From: Tubiluchus corallicola | Lineage: Eukaryota; Animalia; Priapulida | Direction: 5' to 3' | DNA length: 64,000 bases | Assembly (NCBI GenBank): GCA_030141605.1 | Contig: JAQGDQ010000024.1 | Span: 682,001-746,000, forward strand | In this document: positions 23,615 through 34,129 of the stretch, in pieces | Numbering within the stretch: the first letter of the stretch is position 1 | How the letters are laid out: every line of letters starts with the position of its first letter | Program-made: the position numbers and the translations under genes | The notes under the pieces: model-generated | What the model saw: the letters and a program-made list of their open reading frames with translations, nothing else | The model's database searches: none | What the model was told of the DNA's origin: nothing

Positions 23615-26191
23615 TTACTGTTTTCGTTGCTTTGTGATTTTATGCAACATGATATGCCTATTAATCGTTTCGGGGTAATATGAGTAAAATTCGCACTTTG
23701 AGCAGCAATATTTGTTCCGAAACCTTTTCTTCTCTTTCTGTGGCTCCTTACTGAAATCCGTAGAAGCAGATTTTGTTTCTGCCTTTTTCACACTCCTATT
23801 TTCAATAGAGTGTTTTTTGTTAGCGGAGTTGCTCGTGAAGATGGAGTTTTTCGAGAATTTACTGGTTTTAAGAACTGCAGGCTTTTTCTTGTCACCCATA
23901 AGTCCTGATAATAAACTGAGTCTTGGATGCTTAACTGGATTGTATATGGGCTTTTTGTTAAAAATGTTTTGTTTGTGATGTCTGAGCATGTGCACACGCG
24001 TACTGCGTTCAGAGGGGGCAGCAAAGTCACAAAGATGGCATTTAAAATCAGCAAAGCTGCCATGACTCTTGGAGTGCCTATCTATGTTCCACTTGTACGT
24101 GGTCTTGAAGTCACAGATATGACAGGAGAACGTCTTACTGCTATGCACAGCTTTTCTGTGTTTCCGGAAGTGACTGTGCACAAGCGTAGTAAATGCGCAG
24201 TCCGGGCACTCGTACGCCCCTTTTGAGCTTTTGCAGCGCAATGCCAAAGAGTCGAAGTCTTCGTCGCCGTTGTCATCGCTAACATCGTTGCCGTAATTAC
24301 TGAAAGCCGACGGCTTAATTTTATCCCATCCTAGAAACTTGGAGGAGCTGTTGACCTCATTACAATGTGCAAAATCCTCATCATTATTAGTTTCAGTACC
24401 ATCAACGACAATTTCTGCAAGATCCTCCCAACCATCTACTTTCAGCCAGCTACCATCTTGAACATCGTCTACTGGTTTCATTTCTTTCACAGTAGCGTAG
24501 AAAAGAACATTTCTGCTGTGGTTTGCATTTTTATGACGATTCACCTTTGTCTTGCAAGATGAGGCATAGTCACACTCATTACATCTATATATGGGCAAAG
24601 GGCTTTGATGAATGTCTCTCATGTGTTGCAAATATACAAGCGGTTTAGTGGTGTGCATATTAGGGCATGTGGTGCAAGAGTAAAGCCTTGTGTAACCTCT
24701 GGAGCTGTGAAGCTTACCATGCTCAATCATGACAAACTGAGACGGAGTGGTGAAGTTGCACGTGCGACACTTATAAAAAGAATTCATGAGATTACCACCT
24801 CTTTCTTTCGTGGTTTGACAGTGTTTGTTATCGCACACATGTCTTTCAGGTGACGCACTTGATTCTCTTACGTTTTCCTTTACATCTTCATCGTCTTGTT
24901 TACTGTTTACTTCAATGTCAGTTGATGTTGCTGTTGATGGCGGTTTCTTTACTTGGTCATCGTCAACTTTACCCAGAGTGGCAGATGTCAAAGGAGCAGT
25001 ATCTAAGTATTTCTGGGATACCAGGGAAACTTGTTCAGAAACTTGTGCAACAACCACGTTAGAGGACGCCAAATCGCTTTTATCATTTAATTTAGGTGGG
25101 TCCATGGTTTGTGCAGCAGTTTTAGCAAGTGCTGGCAACACTACATTTAGAGGTTCCTGAGGTACAGAATCAATCTTAGGTGCAAGTCTGACATACATTT
25201 GTGGCTTTACTACCTGGTTCTGCACCAATGGCAGCACTTGATGGGAAGTTCTGGGGAGCGGTTGTACCAATCGCAAAACTTTCGGGTTGACACTTGGTGT
25301 AATGTTTCGTATTATTTTGTTTGAAGCATTCAGAAACTGCTTTTGAGTCACAAGCCTAACACCCTCAGGTCTAATTGCAGTAGGCAAATTTGGTTTTGAA
25401 TGAAGAGAGCTTGGTGCCAGAACGACACTTCTCAGACCTGTTTCAGGCGAAATAGTAATGTACGGCTTCACGCTCACTGGGCCAACATCTCCTGCATTTG
25501 CAAAAACCAACGACCCTTTAGACACCGAGCCAAAGACCGGTTTTGAATGCGGTGTAGGCGAAGCCAGTTGTGCAACCTGAATGTTACCATCTTGAGTAAT
25601 GTTTGTGCTACTCTGGACCACCTGTTGTACTCTACACGGAGTCTGTTGTCCATGCATTATAATGCTGCGTTTGTTCACTGGAAACTTTGGGTCCGTGAAT
25701 GTATTTGCGGTGACAACGGGAGTTATGTGACTCGTTGAACATAGAACGAATTTAACGTAATTCTCATCGCTACCATCGCTGGTTTGCTGAGTCACTGCAT
25801 TGAAATCATTAAACGTAGTTAAAGACTGCGCACCTGAAATAGACCCACTAGATTGCTGAGCATTTTGAAGTGTGAGACTCGATGTGATAGCACTTGACGA
25901 ATGACTTGTTTCATCAACCACAACAGCATTGGAAATCTCCCATAGAGATTCCATGTCCACAGTGCTGGTGGAAACTGTTTCCACTCTAGTGGATAAATCT
26001 TCTACAAGATTAACATCATTTTCAGCACGGGTGCCCTGAGCATTCTGATAAAGCGCTTCTTCGTTCGTTATTAGCCGATCTGTGGTAGGTTCAACGTGTT
26101 CTTCTGAGGCGGGAACTGCTGATAAAAAAGACTCCAAAGCTGCAACGTCATTAACTATAGTGCTGACATCTACATCATTCAACTGATCCAT
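23615..26191 (-). CDS. C2H2 zinc-finger protein (858 aa, 7 fingers), partial paralog of the 3328-8676 gene with a long S/T/V/Q/P-rich N-terminus
   Basis: Uninterrupted ORF. Its seven fingers align in order with fingers 1-7 of the 1782-aa protein (e.g. CDFKTTYKWNIDRH vs CDFKTNYKWNIDRH). Acceptor tttgtag (intron end 26206) lies 14 nt upstream, and an in-frame TAA directly precedes the ATG. Confidence 0.93.
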   Translation of the reverse strand: MDQLNDVDVSTIVNDVAALESFLSAVPASEEHVEPTTDRLITNEEALYQNAQGTRAENDVNLVEDLSTRVETVSTSTVDMESLWEISNAVVVDETSHSSSAITSSLTLQNAQQSSGSISGAQSLTTFNDFNAVTQQTSDGSDENYVKFVLCSTSHITPVVTANTFTDPKFPVNKRSIIMHGQQTPCRVQQVVQSSTNITQDGNIQVAQLASPTPHSKPVFGSVSKGSLVFANAGDVGPVSVKPYITISPETGLRSVVLAPSSLHSKPNLPTAIRPEGVRLVTQKQFLNASNKIIRNITPSVNPKVLRLVQPLPRTSHQVLPLVQNQVVKPQMYVRLAPKIDSVPQEPLNVVLPALAKTAAQTMDPPKLNDKSDLASSNVVVAQVSEQVSLVSQKYLDTAPLTSATLGKVDDDQVKKPPSTATSTDIEVNSKQDDEDVKENVRESSASPERHVCDNKHCQTTKERGGNLMNSFYKCRTCNFTTPSQFVMIEHGKLHSSRGYTRLYSCTTCPNMHTTKPLVYLQHMRDIHQSPLPIYRCNECDYASSCKTKVNRHKNANHSRNVLFYATVKEMKPVDDVQDGSWLKVDGWEDLAEIVVDGTETNNDEDFAHCNEVNSSSKFLGWDKIKPSAFSNYGNDVSDDNGDEDFDSLALRCKSSKGAYECPDCAFTTLVHSHFRKHRKAVHSSKTFSCHICDFKTTYKWNIDRHSKSHGSFADFKCHLCDFAAPSERSTRVHMLRHHKQNIFNKKPIYNPVKHPRLSLLSGLMGDKKKPAVLKTSKFSKNSIFTSNSANKKHSIENRSVKKAETKSASTDFSKEPQKEKKRFRNKYCCSKCEFYSYYPETINRHIMLHKITKQRKQ

Positions 26192-26719
26192 TTAGAAAGA
26201 TATTCCTACAAAAAATAGGGACTCTTTCAATTAATTGTGCTAAACTTGACAAAGTGAGAATATAAAGTCATGAACTCGTTACATTTTAGGAATCTAAATT
26301 CTTAAACCAGCACCGGACCCAATTTTAAACTGTAAGTCAAAACAATCTACTCTTTAAAATATTGAAAAGAAACATACTATTTTTTTTCAAAAATGACTTG
26401 CATGAAAGAATTTTTACCACACAAACACAATTTCACATTCGCGCCACTAGTTCTTTGCTGTTACATTTTAGAAAATGCATTGCACAAAAAAACAGGTGCT
26501 GTAATTCTCAGTTCAGATATGTTAAGTTTGTGGCGAACTACACACATTCGACAGCTCATGCGTGAGCACTGTGGTAAATTTGAAATTTGAATTTTTATCT
26601 TAAAACTTGCCTAGTTTTAATACAAAACACTGAATATCTTACACTGTACTTCAAATTTCGCTTCCGCAAACATGTGCAATATGTTCGCGGAATATTTTTG
26701 CTGTTGAAAATTATGTTAG

Positions 26720-26838
26720 TTTGTGATGTCATCAATAGTCGGGCTCGCCTGCAGTTAATTAAGTTTTTAATCTATAATTTGTGATGTCATCAATAGTCGG
26801 GCTTGCCTGCCGTTAATTAAGTTTTTAATCTATAATTT
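26720..26838. repeat. Recent 58-bp tandem duplication
   Basis: gtgatgtcatcaatagtcgggctcgcctgcagttaattaagtttttaatctataattt at 26723 and 26781 with two substitutions. Confidence 0.9.
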
Positions 26839-28269
26839 AGTTATCAGAAATGCAGTATTAATTGTGTTAAAATGTATAGTTTTTATCAGATTTGAAAATG
26901 TGGTAATATATGAAAAATCATCCTGTCTTCCTGTAAGCAACAATGAATGATACGTATAACAAACAAAAAATTCACAAAATAAAAACTGCGAGTTTCAAGT
27001 TCTGTCTCACAAAGGAATTTAGAAACATTAGCAACCATGTGTAAGCAAACACTCTCTTTTGCAATGTGAAAATAATGAAGCATTTATGGTTTGTTATTCC
27101 ATTTAACCAGCTCTGAGTAAAGCAAACATAGAAGTGCGGCATACTGTGCGAATAGTTGAGTACGCCTGTGCAGTGTACAAGGCTTTTGATTCATTGGTAT
27201 AAAATCACTTGAGCATGACGGACAATACTCAAAAGTACTCAAAATATATTAGTATTTTACACATAAAAAATATATTATTTATATAATATAAATGATACAT
27301 ACCACAGGAAACCAATAACCAGAAAACATACAAAATTCTACTTCGCATTCTACATCCTAAAAATCATGTAATTTCTTACTGCATGTTCGCACTAAGATAC
27401 CATCTGGACTATCCCAATGTTTTTACATCATTATACTTTGACTTACAATCTTTGCTTATGTTCCTGATTTTTTTAACTATAGCTCCAATGACATTTCTCC
27501 AAAAATCCTCACTTAATAAATCAAATTTGTAATAACCTCTCTCTCCCTTGTTCTTTATTACTGCCAAAAACTACAGATAAGCAAAAAACACTCATTGCTA
27601 TGTGAGACACTATAGTTAGTAGTTTGTGTCTCTTTACTTTTTTATTTAAAATTAATTTTACTTCTGATAGGATCATTCAACAGATCATATAAAACGAAAT
27701 AAATAAACAAACTGAAATTGGCACAACAATTTCTTTTTCATCACATTTCATTTACACTGTAATTATTTTTCCCCCATACACCAAATTTGAAAATTATTGT
27801 TTTATTTCCTCATTTACCGAATCATATGGGAAAGACAAGAACAAATTCATGCAAATGCGACTAGATCCTATCTAAATAAAACTATTTGGTAAAAAAAGCC
27901 AGAAAAGAAACTTTAAACACACTCAAATAAGTACACAAAGCAACTTATGTCAGATGTCAAAGATAATGCCTCAAGCAAAATTGAACCAAATCAACTAAAA
28001 CTGTCCACTACCATTCAAACTCAGCACCCACAATAACGTATTTACAAATTGCCAATAGATAGGTGCATATAGTCCACTTTAGTTTTTGCCTGCTGTAACA
28101 TATACATGACAAATGACTTCAGTTCATAATGCTAGGACACGTTAAAATCACCGCTTTGTATGCTTTTACTTGCATTGGAGTATTAGCCCACATATTCATT
28201 ACATCTTTCCAAATTTTTGCAGCTACTTTTGGTTAACTGTTAATGTATTATTGTCATGTACATGCTGTT

Positions 28270-28760
28270 AGCATGATTTCACTGAAAAACTCATGTTAAT
28301 AATGGCGGAACTCACTAAACAGCACATGGTAGAAGCTACAAGTCTCAAAGTCACGAAAATCAAAGTGGTAAACTGTGATATCAGTAAATAGTTTAGAAAA
28401 AAGCTGCGACACTCCCCGATCAAGGTATGTATGTATATATACATCTGAATCACTCGTACTGATGAGCTTAATGATAAAGTTTCTTCTCTGCCCCTGGAAT
28501 TATTTTAAAGTGGTGCTTGTAGCTGCTCGACATTAGAGAATGAATTGTGTTGGAGTAACATAACTCTATTTTTTCTGTCATTTCGCTTTGTATCACCCGA
28601 TCTCTAAGTTTATAATTTACAATTTGTCTTGTTTGCTTCTCACAATGTTGACTTTTGTAATTTTTACACACTGTATTTTTATTTAAGTGGATTGTTGCAT
28701 GAACATGACCATAACTGGTCGAAATGTTGCAGACATTTGTGTCGAATTTGAATAAAAGCC
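28270..28760 (+). mobile_element. Penelope-like element 3' relic (endonuclease C-terminus plus terminal repeat with decayed hammerhead motif)
   Basis: Frame ending SPIKVCMYIYI*ITRTDELNDKVSSLPLELF* resembles PLE GIY-YIG C-termini (IKE..YI....LN...S.PL.LF). Downstream tgaacatgaccataactggtcgaaatgttgc and AATAAA at 28751. Confidence 0.6.
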
Positions 28761-29350
28761 TTGTCTTTGCTTAAGCAGGTGCGGGCTGTTGTTTTCATTT
28801 TAAGAGTTCGTTCTCCCCATTATCAATCATATATAGAAATCTATCGATTTGCTACAAGTACATAAAAAATTAGTTAGTTTAACTGTCTAATGGGAAGACA
28901 ACAATTGGAATTTAGAAGTAACCAGAAATCAAGTAAACATCAGTAAGTTCTACAATTTGTGTATTAATGTATTACATCACGATCAACACTTAACCTGCAA
29001 GGTAACTTGGTAGATTATATGCATCTTGAAATTTTATATTGAAACCCTCAATTCCCCCAACCCATAATACTGAAAGTAATTTGTCTATATCACCAAAGCA
29101 ACAAGTGACGATGCCAAACCATAAGATTAATTTTGTGTTACCCCAAAACTGTAGGTTATTATTTTACGAAATCTGCGCCACATATAATACGTATTAGACG
29201 AGAGACCTTGACAACGCAATTAAAACTACAGAACACCTTACAGCGATTTTGACAATTCGTTACACAGTTGAAGCAATTGGTAAAATAACTTTCATTAGAA
29301 GCTGTCGCTTTGCTCGACATATACGTGAAAGTATTAAATTTGGCTCATAC

Positions 29351-29470
29351 CTAAAAATTTCAACACGTTTTAATTTCTCTTGTGCTTCTGCTGAAAACCA
29401 TGACAGAAGATGAGAGGATTTGTGGAGAATGGTCTTGTTTTCACCTTCAGCGTCGTCTGTCGGACAATAT
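29351..29470 (-). promoter_or_regulatory. Probable non-coding first exon / promoter of the 858-aa zinc-finger gene
   Basis: Minus-strand donor TAG|GTATGA at 29351/29350 that could join the acceptor at 26206; CpG-containing stretch at 29450-29540. Confidence 0.45.
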
Positions 29471-29939
29471 AGAAACTATATGAAAAAAGTTGAAAAAGTG
29501 TACAGTTAACGACCAGGTCCGCAGCTGCGGTCCCGACCTAATTCTACAATGAATTTAGCTAATTTACATTTTCATAGTAATTTTCACAGTGTGTACATCC
29601 CACTATATTGCAAATAACCACGGCAACAAAATAAGAAAATTTCCATGTTACACACAGTAGAAAAGCTTATGAATTTTTCACTTTCTCTAACAAATAGTAA
29701 CCACCAAAAAATTTTTAACTTGCATCTCCATCTAGAAATAAAAAAAGAAAAACTCACACTCTGGTTAATCGTTTTTAGCAGGAAATATTTCAAGGGAATT
29801 CCAAATCTACATAGGGTTTTAACGAATTCAGTATTACTGCACATCTAGTCTAAAGCCAACCAATACTAAAATTTGATTCCTGATTTCATTGTTGTTCCTA
29901 ATTTTTTCTTCTTTTGTTCTACACGTCTATTGTAAACAC

Positions 29940-30540
29940 TGATCGAACCTTTATCCCTTATTAGAGTACTTCACTGTTTACTGTCAGTAGCTAAATTTTT
30001 CATCTCCTGTGATGCTATTGTTATGTCTCGTTTCAATTGCTTTAAATTTTTGTTAATTCTTGATATCTAAGTTGGTTTTATTTGCTTGGAGGTCTAGCTG
30101 GTTTTGATGCTTTAATGTTGATTTTGCTGGTATTGTTTTTGGCAATCTCATTAAATTAACTATCCGTTGTAGCTTTCTGATTCTAACTTTAGTGCTCCAA
30201 AGTTCTCATTGGTTCTGTTATATGCAGCTGCGCCTTTGAAATATAATTATAGTCATCTTATTTTCTGGTTAAACTTCATTGGAACACTTCTTCTTTTGTT
30301 TCATGTGTTGCAGTCAAACCCCACATTCCACTATAGTACATGAAGATGCTTGTTACATATGCTTCGAAGAGTTGCAGTCTTGTTTTGGGGGACAGTTTCT
30401 TGATGGCTAAAATTGACTTATTTTAGTTAAAACTATATATTCCAATTCTTGATATCATATGGTGTAGTGATTCCATATATTTGTGATGCTTCCAGGATTA
30501 ATCTTCATTCCTTGATTATTGTATTACAGATATGGAATAG
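29940..30540 (-). mobile_element. RTE-clade LINE 3' fragment (RT C-terminus), decayed
   Basis: Minus-strand translation KLSPKTRLQLFEAYVTSIFMYYSGMWGLT..EEVFQ and WSTKVRIRKLQRIVNLMRLPKTIPAK match the typical RTE post-RT motifs (K.RIF..YV.S..LY.SE.W; W...IR.RRL.W.GHL.RLP...PAK). Confidence 0.7.
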
Positions 30541-30587
30541 CAGAACGTATAATAACAATGATATTAAAATTTAACAGGCCTAATTAC

Positions 30588-31296
30588 TAGGGGTGAGCAC
30601 CGAACATTCAAATTCGATTCAAACGAGTTCTTTTAGTTCGAATTCGACTCGAACCTAAAACTGTAGACTAGAAAAATTCAGCACTTTATTCACATAATGT
30701 TCTTTATCATTGAAACGATTGAAACATCATGCAATTAGCATAATTTTGTTGTGATTTCTGAGCACAATTTTAAACAAATTACTAGTAGTTTCATTGCAGA
30801 ACAAAATCGAGTGTAAGACTAATTTTTACTGGTGGTTCGAAAACTTGTTCGAAAACTTTCAATCTCAATTTGAAATCGGTTCGAATTCGAAAGTCACAAA
30901 TTCGGTTCGATTCGAATTCGCTTTCTGGTAGAGAATGCTCACTTTCAGTATTTCGAATCTGAATCGAATTCGAATTGAGTTTGAAAGATTTTCGAACCAG
31001 TTTTCGAACCACTAGTAAAAAGTGGTCTTGCAAAGATCATGTATATTACATGATTTTGTTCTGCAGTAAAACCGCCATTAGTTTGTCAAAGTTTTGCACA
31101 GAAACTGCAGCTAAATTGTGCTAAGTGCATGATGTTTAAAAACGTTTTAATTATAAAGAACGTATGTGGCTGAAGTGCTGAATTGTTCGAATCCATAATT
31201 TTAGATTCGAATCGAATTCGAACTTAAAAAACTCGTTCGAATCGCATTCGAATTCGATTCGAACGTTCGAACTCGAACGCTCGATGCTCACCCTTA
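30588..31296. mobile_element. hAT-type foldback MITE (~710 bp, almost entirely palindromic, TTCGAA-rich)
   Basis: Termini taggggtgagca / tgctcaccctta; the arms are inverted copies over about 330 bp; many ttcgaa/ttcga motifs. Imperfect 8-bp flanks ctaattac / ctaatagg. Confidence 0.85.
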
Positions 31297-31754
31297 CTAA
31301 TAGGCTTTCGATTGCATTGATGAATGTGGCGCTGCCGATTTTTTTATGTCACTAAAATGCCCTGAAATAAATCTAGGCACAAGCAACAGTTGCTTTTTCA
31401 GCAGAAATCGTTCTGCATGTTAAGGTCATCGGCGAGAAACCACTAGGCTACAGAATAAGCTGCTCGTAACTGATGTCTGAGTTGCAGAAATAGACTGCTA
31501 AACGTAGAGATTTCTGTTCTTCCGACGTCTCTACAAGACAGCAGGAGGTTTTTAAGTAATAGGTATCAAATGGCCTGATAAATTATTCGATAATACTTTG
31601 AATGATGTGATGAAGAAAGATCCTACCAAACAATTTAGTACAGGAACCTTTACTGGTTCTGTGGCTGAACAAGACACTGAGCAACAGTTTTAAGGTAGAT
31701 ATCGAATATTTTTAGGCCTGTTTTAAAGACCCACCTGGTTTTGTTGCTCAACTG

Positions 31755-32030
31755 TTACTGGCGTTATATCCAAAATCAGACATTTTGTTGATAAAGGTCA
31801 CTCAAATTTTTTTAGCGTGTACTGGTTTATTCTCAGCTTGCAGTATTGTATTTTAACATCTGCTTTTACTTCATCATCCATATGCCAAACAGTCGTAACT
31901 GCACAAAATAGAATTATCAAGATAATGAACTTTTCACAAATCAGGGACATTGCAACACCTGCCCATAGGAACTTCTACCTCGTAAAACTTCATGCTATTT
32001 ACATATCTAACGCCAACCCTAACCCTAATC
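31755..32030 (+). mobile_element. L2/CR1-group LINE RT C-terminal fragment, decayed
   Basis: TGVISKIRHFVDK.. then LQYCILTSAFTSSSICQTVVTAQNRIIKIMNFSQIRDIATPAHRNFYLVKLHAIY resemble L2/Crack motifs (GI.SKLRH; L.YC...W.......L..LQ.R.IRI..FS....T.PLF..L.ILKL.DIY). Confidence 0.65.
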
Positions 32031-32258
32031 CAGTTCATGAACTATTTTCTTGTGTTAGGGGAATTGTAGGCGCTAGCCGTATATATAATGCATGAAACTT
32101 ATTTTGTTTTTGCAATGGAACTGTATAATACGTGTACTAATCTCTTCTGTTATATTACTGTATTCATTTATGTTTTTTTGTTAGTATTTCTAGTTCGCTG
32201 ATTTACGATTTGCAGATTTTGTAACATGATTTTGATTAGCATGACAATATTCCAGAGA

Positions 32259-32990
32259 TAGGTGTATAGCAGATTTGCGGTCATGCGATTGCGGAATCTG
32301 CACAACTTTTTGCAGGTTGCTGATAGTGATTCATTCGCGGATATGCGGACTGCAAATTTTTAATGCCTAAAATTGCTGATTTTACGCGAAATTGCAGCAT
32401 ACAAAAGCCACGTATGTAAGGTAAATTTTCAATTGTTTGCACAAAAGTTTACTCGAATTCAGTACATTTTTTGTTTTTTAAGCACTCGTCCCTTGCGCAT
32501 TAAAAGGCTTGTTGCCACATTAAATGCTTTTTATCACTACTTTAATTTAAGATGTCTTCATTACCTCTTGCTTTTTTGCTGCTGCTCGTTCTTTTACCTG
32601 GAAATTCCTAGATGCAAAACATTGCTTATGATTACAAACATTTTAGTTTTTTGTTCAAGCCTATTATGGTTTGTGGTGCGGTGTCATGGCATGGTTGAGT
32701 GATGTATGTGTACATCATGCAGTGTGAGTTATTGTTGAGGGTTTACGAGCAGAATTGGAGTCTAGCTACTAGTTTATTATTGATTAGTGATTATAATACC
32801 TTGGTTCATGCAAAAAAAACGGTTTTGGTTTTTAACAATAGGGCACACATAGCAAGCCCCGTTTTTGCCTGCATTTTTGCAAATCTTGCGGATACGCAGA
32901 TATTGAAATATCTCTCAATCCATGGATTTTGCGGATGCGGATATGTTGGGTTGTGGATTTTGCAGTTACGGGTAACCGCCCCCCCCCCAA
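32259..32990. mobile_element. Decayed hAT-type MITE with GCGGAT subterminal repeats
   Basis: Clusters of gcggat/tgcgga at both ends (32270-32350 and 32887-32975); termini taggtgtatagc / ccgcccccccc. Confidence 0.55.
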
Positions 32991-33519
32991 CTGCAATATC
33001 CTTCAGTTTTCTAATTTTTAATGTAATAATTGCCTTAATAATATTGTACTATAATTTTAGTTATGATTTTGCATGTATTTTTGATTTACGTAATTTTAAT
33101 ATGTTCATAAAATGCATGATTTTTTTCTTTTTTTAAGTTTTTTGAGTTCCAGTAAGTCCTCGCTTAGAATCGTTTAATAAAATTTGCAAGGAGGAGGAAG
33201 TTGGCTACAAGATAGGGCAAGATAAAAATATCTCTGTCAGGACGAATGACTATGAGTTAATTCCATGTTCCATGATGAGGAAGTTTTGTTTGGAAAAGTC
33301 TGTAATGCTGTCTATAACCTTTGGTTACGTACATAGCCTTATAAACTAAACTTCAGTACATAAATACGGTACATAAATATTTATCAGTCTATTTTATCAT
33401 TGTTAAAAGGGTCAAAGAATCGTAGACAAACACCAAGTAGGATTTTCGTGTTCTGCAGGTTATAGTGTTTTATGAACAAAATATTTTGTATTTTCACTAG
33501 TCTGTATAAAATTTATCTA

Positions 33520-33740
33520 TTTATAGGTATATTTTTGTATGTTTGTCTATTTATCTTTATTTTTTGTTTTTTCCTATAAAAAAATCAGATCAACATGTCT
33601 AGGATTGTTCTACTTTGGCGGAGGTTTGCTTACTTCCTACTGAGCGCATTTTAGCTTTAAATATGTGCTACTTTTTCTACTTTTCTATTTGTGCCCTTTT
33701 TTCCTGTGCCATCTTTACCTGTACCGTTTTGCCTACATTT
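33520..33740 (-). mobile_element. Inverted copy of the aaaaatggcac MITE including its internal Helentron-end-like segment
   Basis: The reverse complement aligns with 11802-12110 (arm repeats, then aaatgcgctcagtaggaag..aacctccgccaaag..cctagacatgttgatctgat..gacaaacatacaaaaat). Confidence 0.7.
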
Positions 33741-33932
33741 ACATCTGTTATTAATTTGTTGTTTAATTTACTTTGTGCGATTAAACTGTCAAAGCACTCA
33801 AAGGAAACTTAATATTCAAAGATACTTAATTCATGTGGTCTCTTAAGAACATTTTCGTACAAGAAACTTAAGATGTAGCGTATTCAGTAAGTTGTATATG
33901 TACTTATATATATACAATTAATGTGGGTGACA

Positions 33933-33994
33933 AAAATATATATTCAACATATGTACACGTATATATACGTGTACATATGTTGAATATATATTTT
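33933..33994. repeat. Perfect 62-bp palindrome without spacer
   Basis: aaaatatatattcaacatatgtacacgtata|tatacgtgtacatatgttgaatatatatttt; the 31-bp arms are exact reverse complements. Confidence 0.95.
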
Positions 33995-34129
33995 ACTGCC
34001 AAATCAGTGCGGTATTCGCAATTTTGCTAAGTAGTACAGAGTACTTTTCAAGTTTATTACTAACGCTAATCAATTATATTTTGTTTCAGAATGATGCTGT
34101 TTTTATAAGATTGTAGTCTATTAGTTAGA

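Noticed and set aside
27340-27560. Possible CR1 RT fragment on the minus strand
   Set aside because: Similarity too weak to assert by eye.
28458-28466. CTGATGAG hammerhead core box
   Set aside because: No stem II or GAAA follows; it falls within the decayed Penelope-like coding frame.
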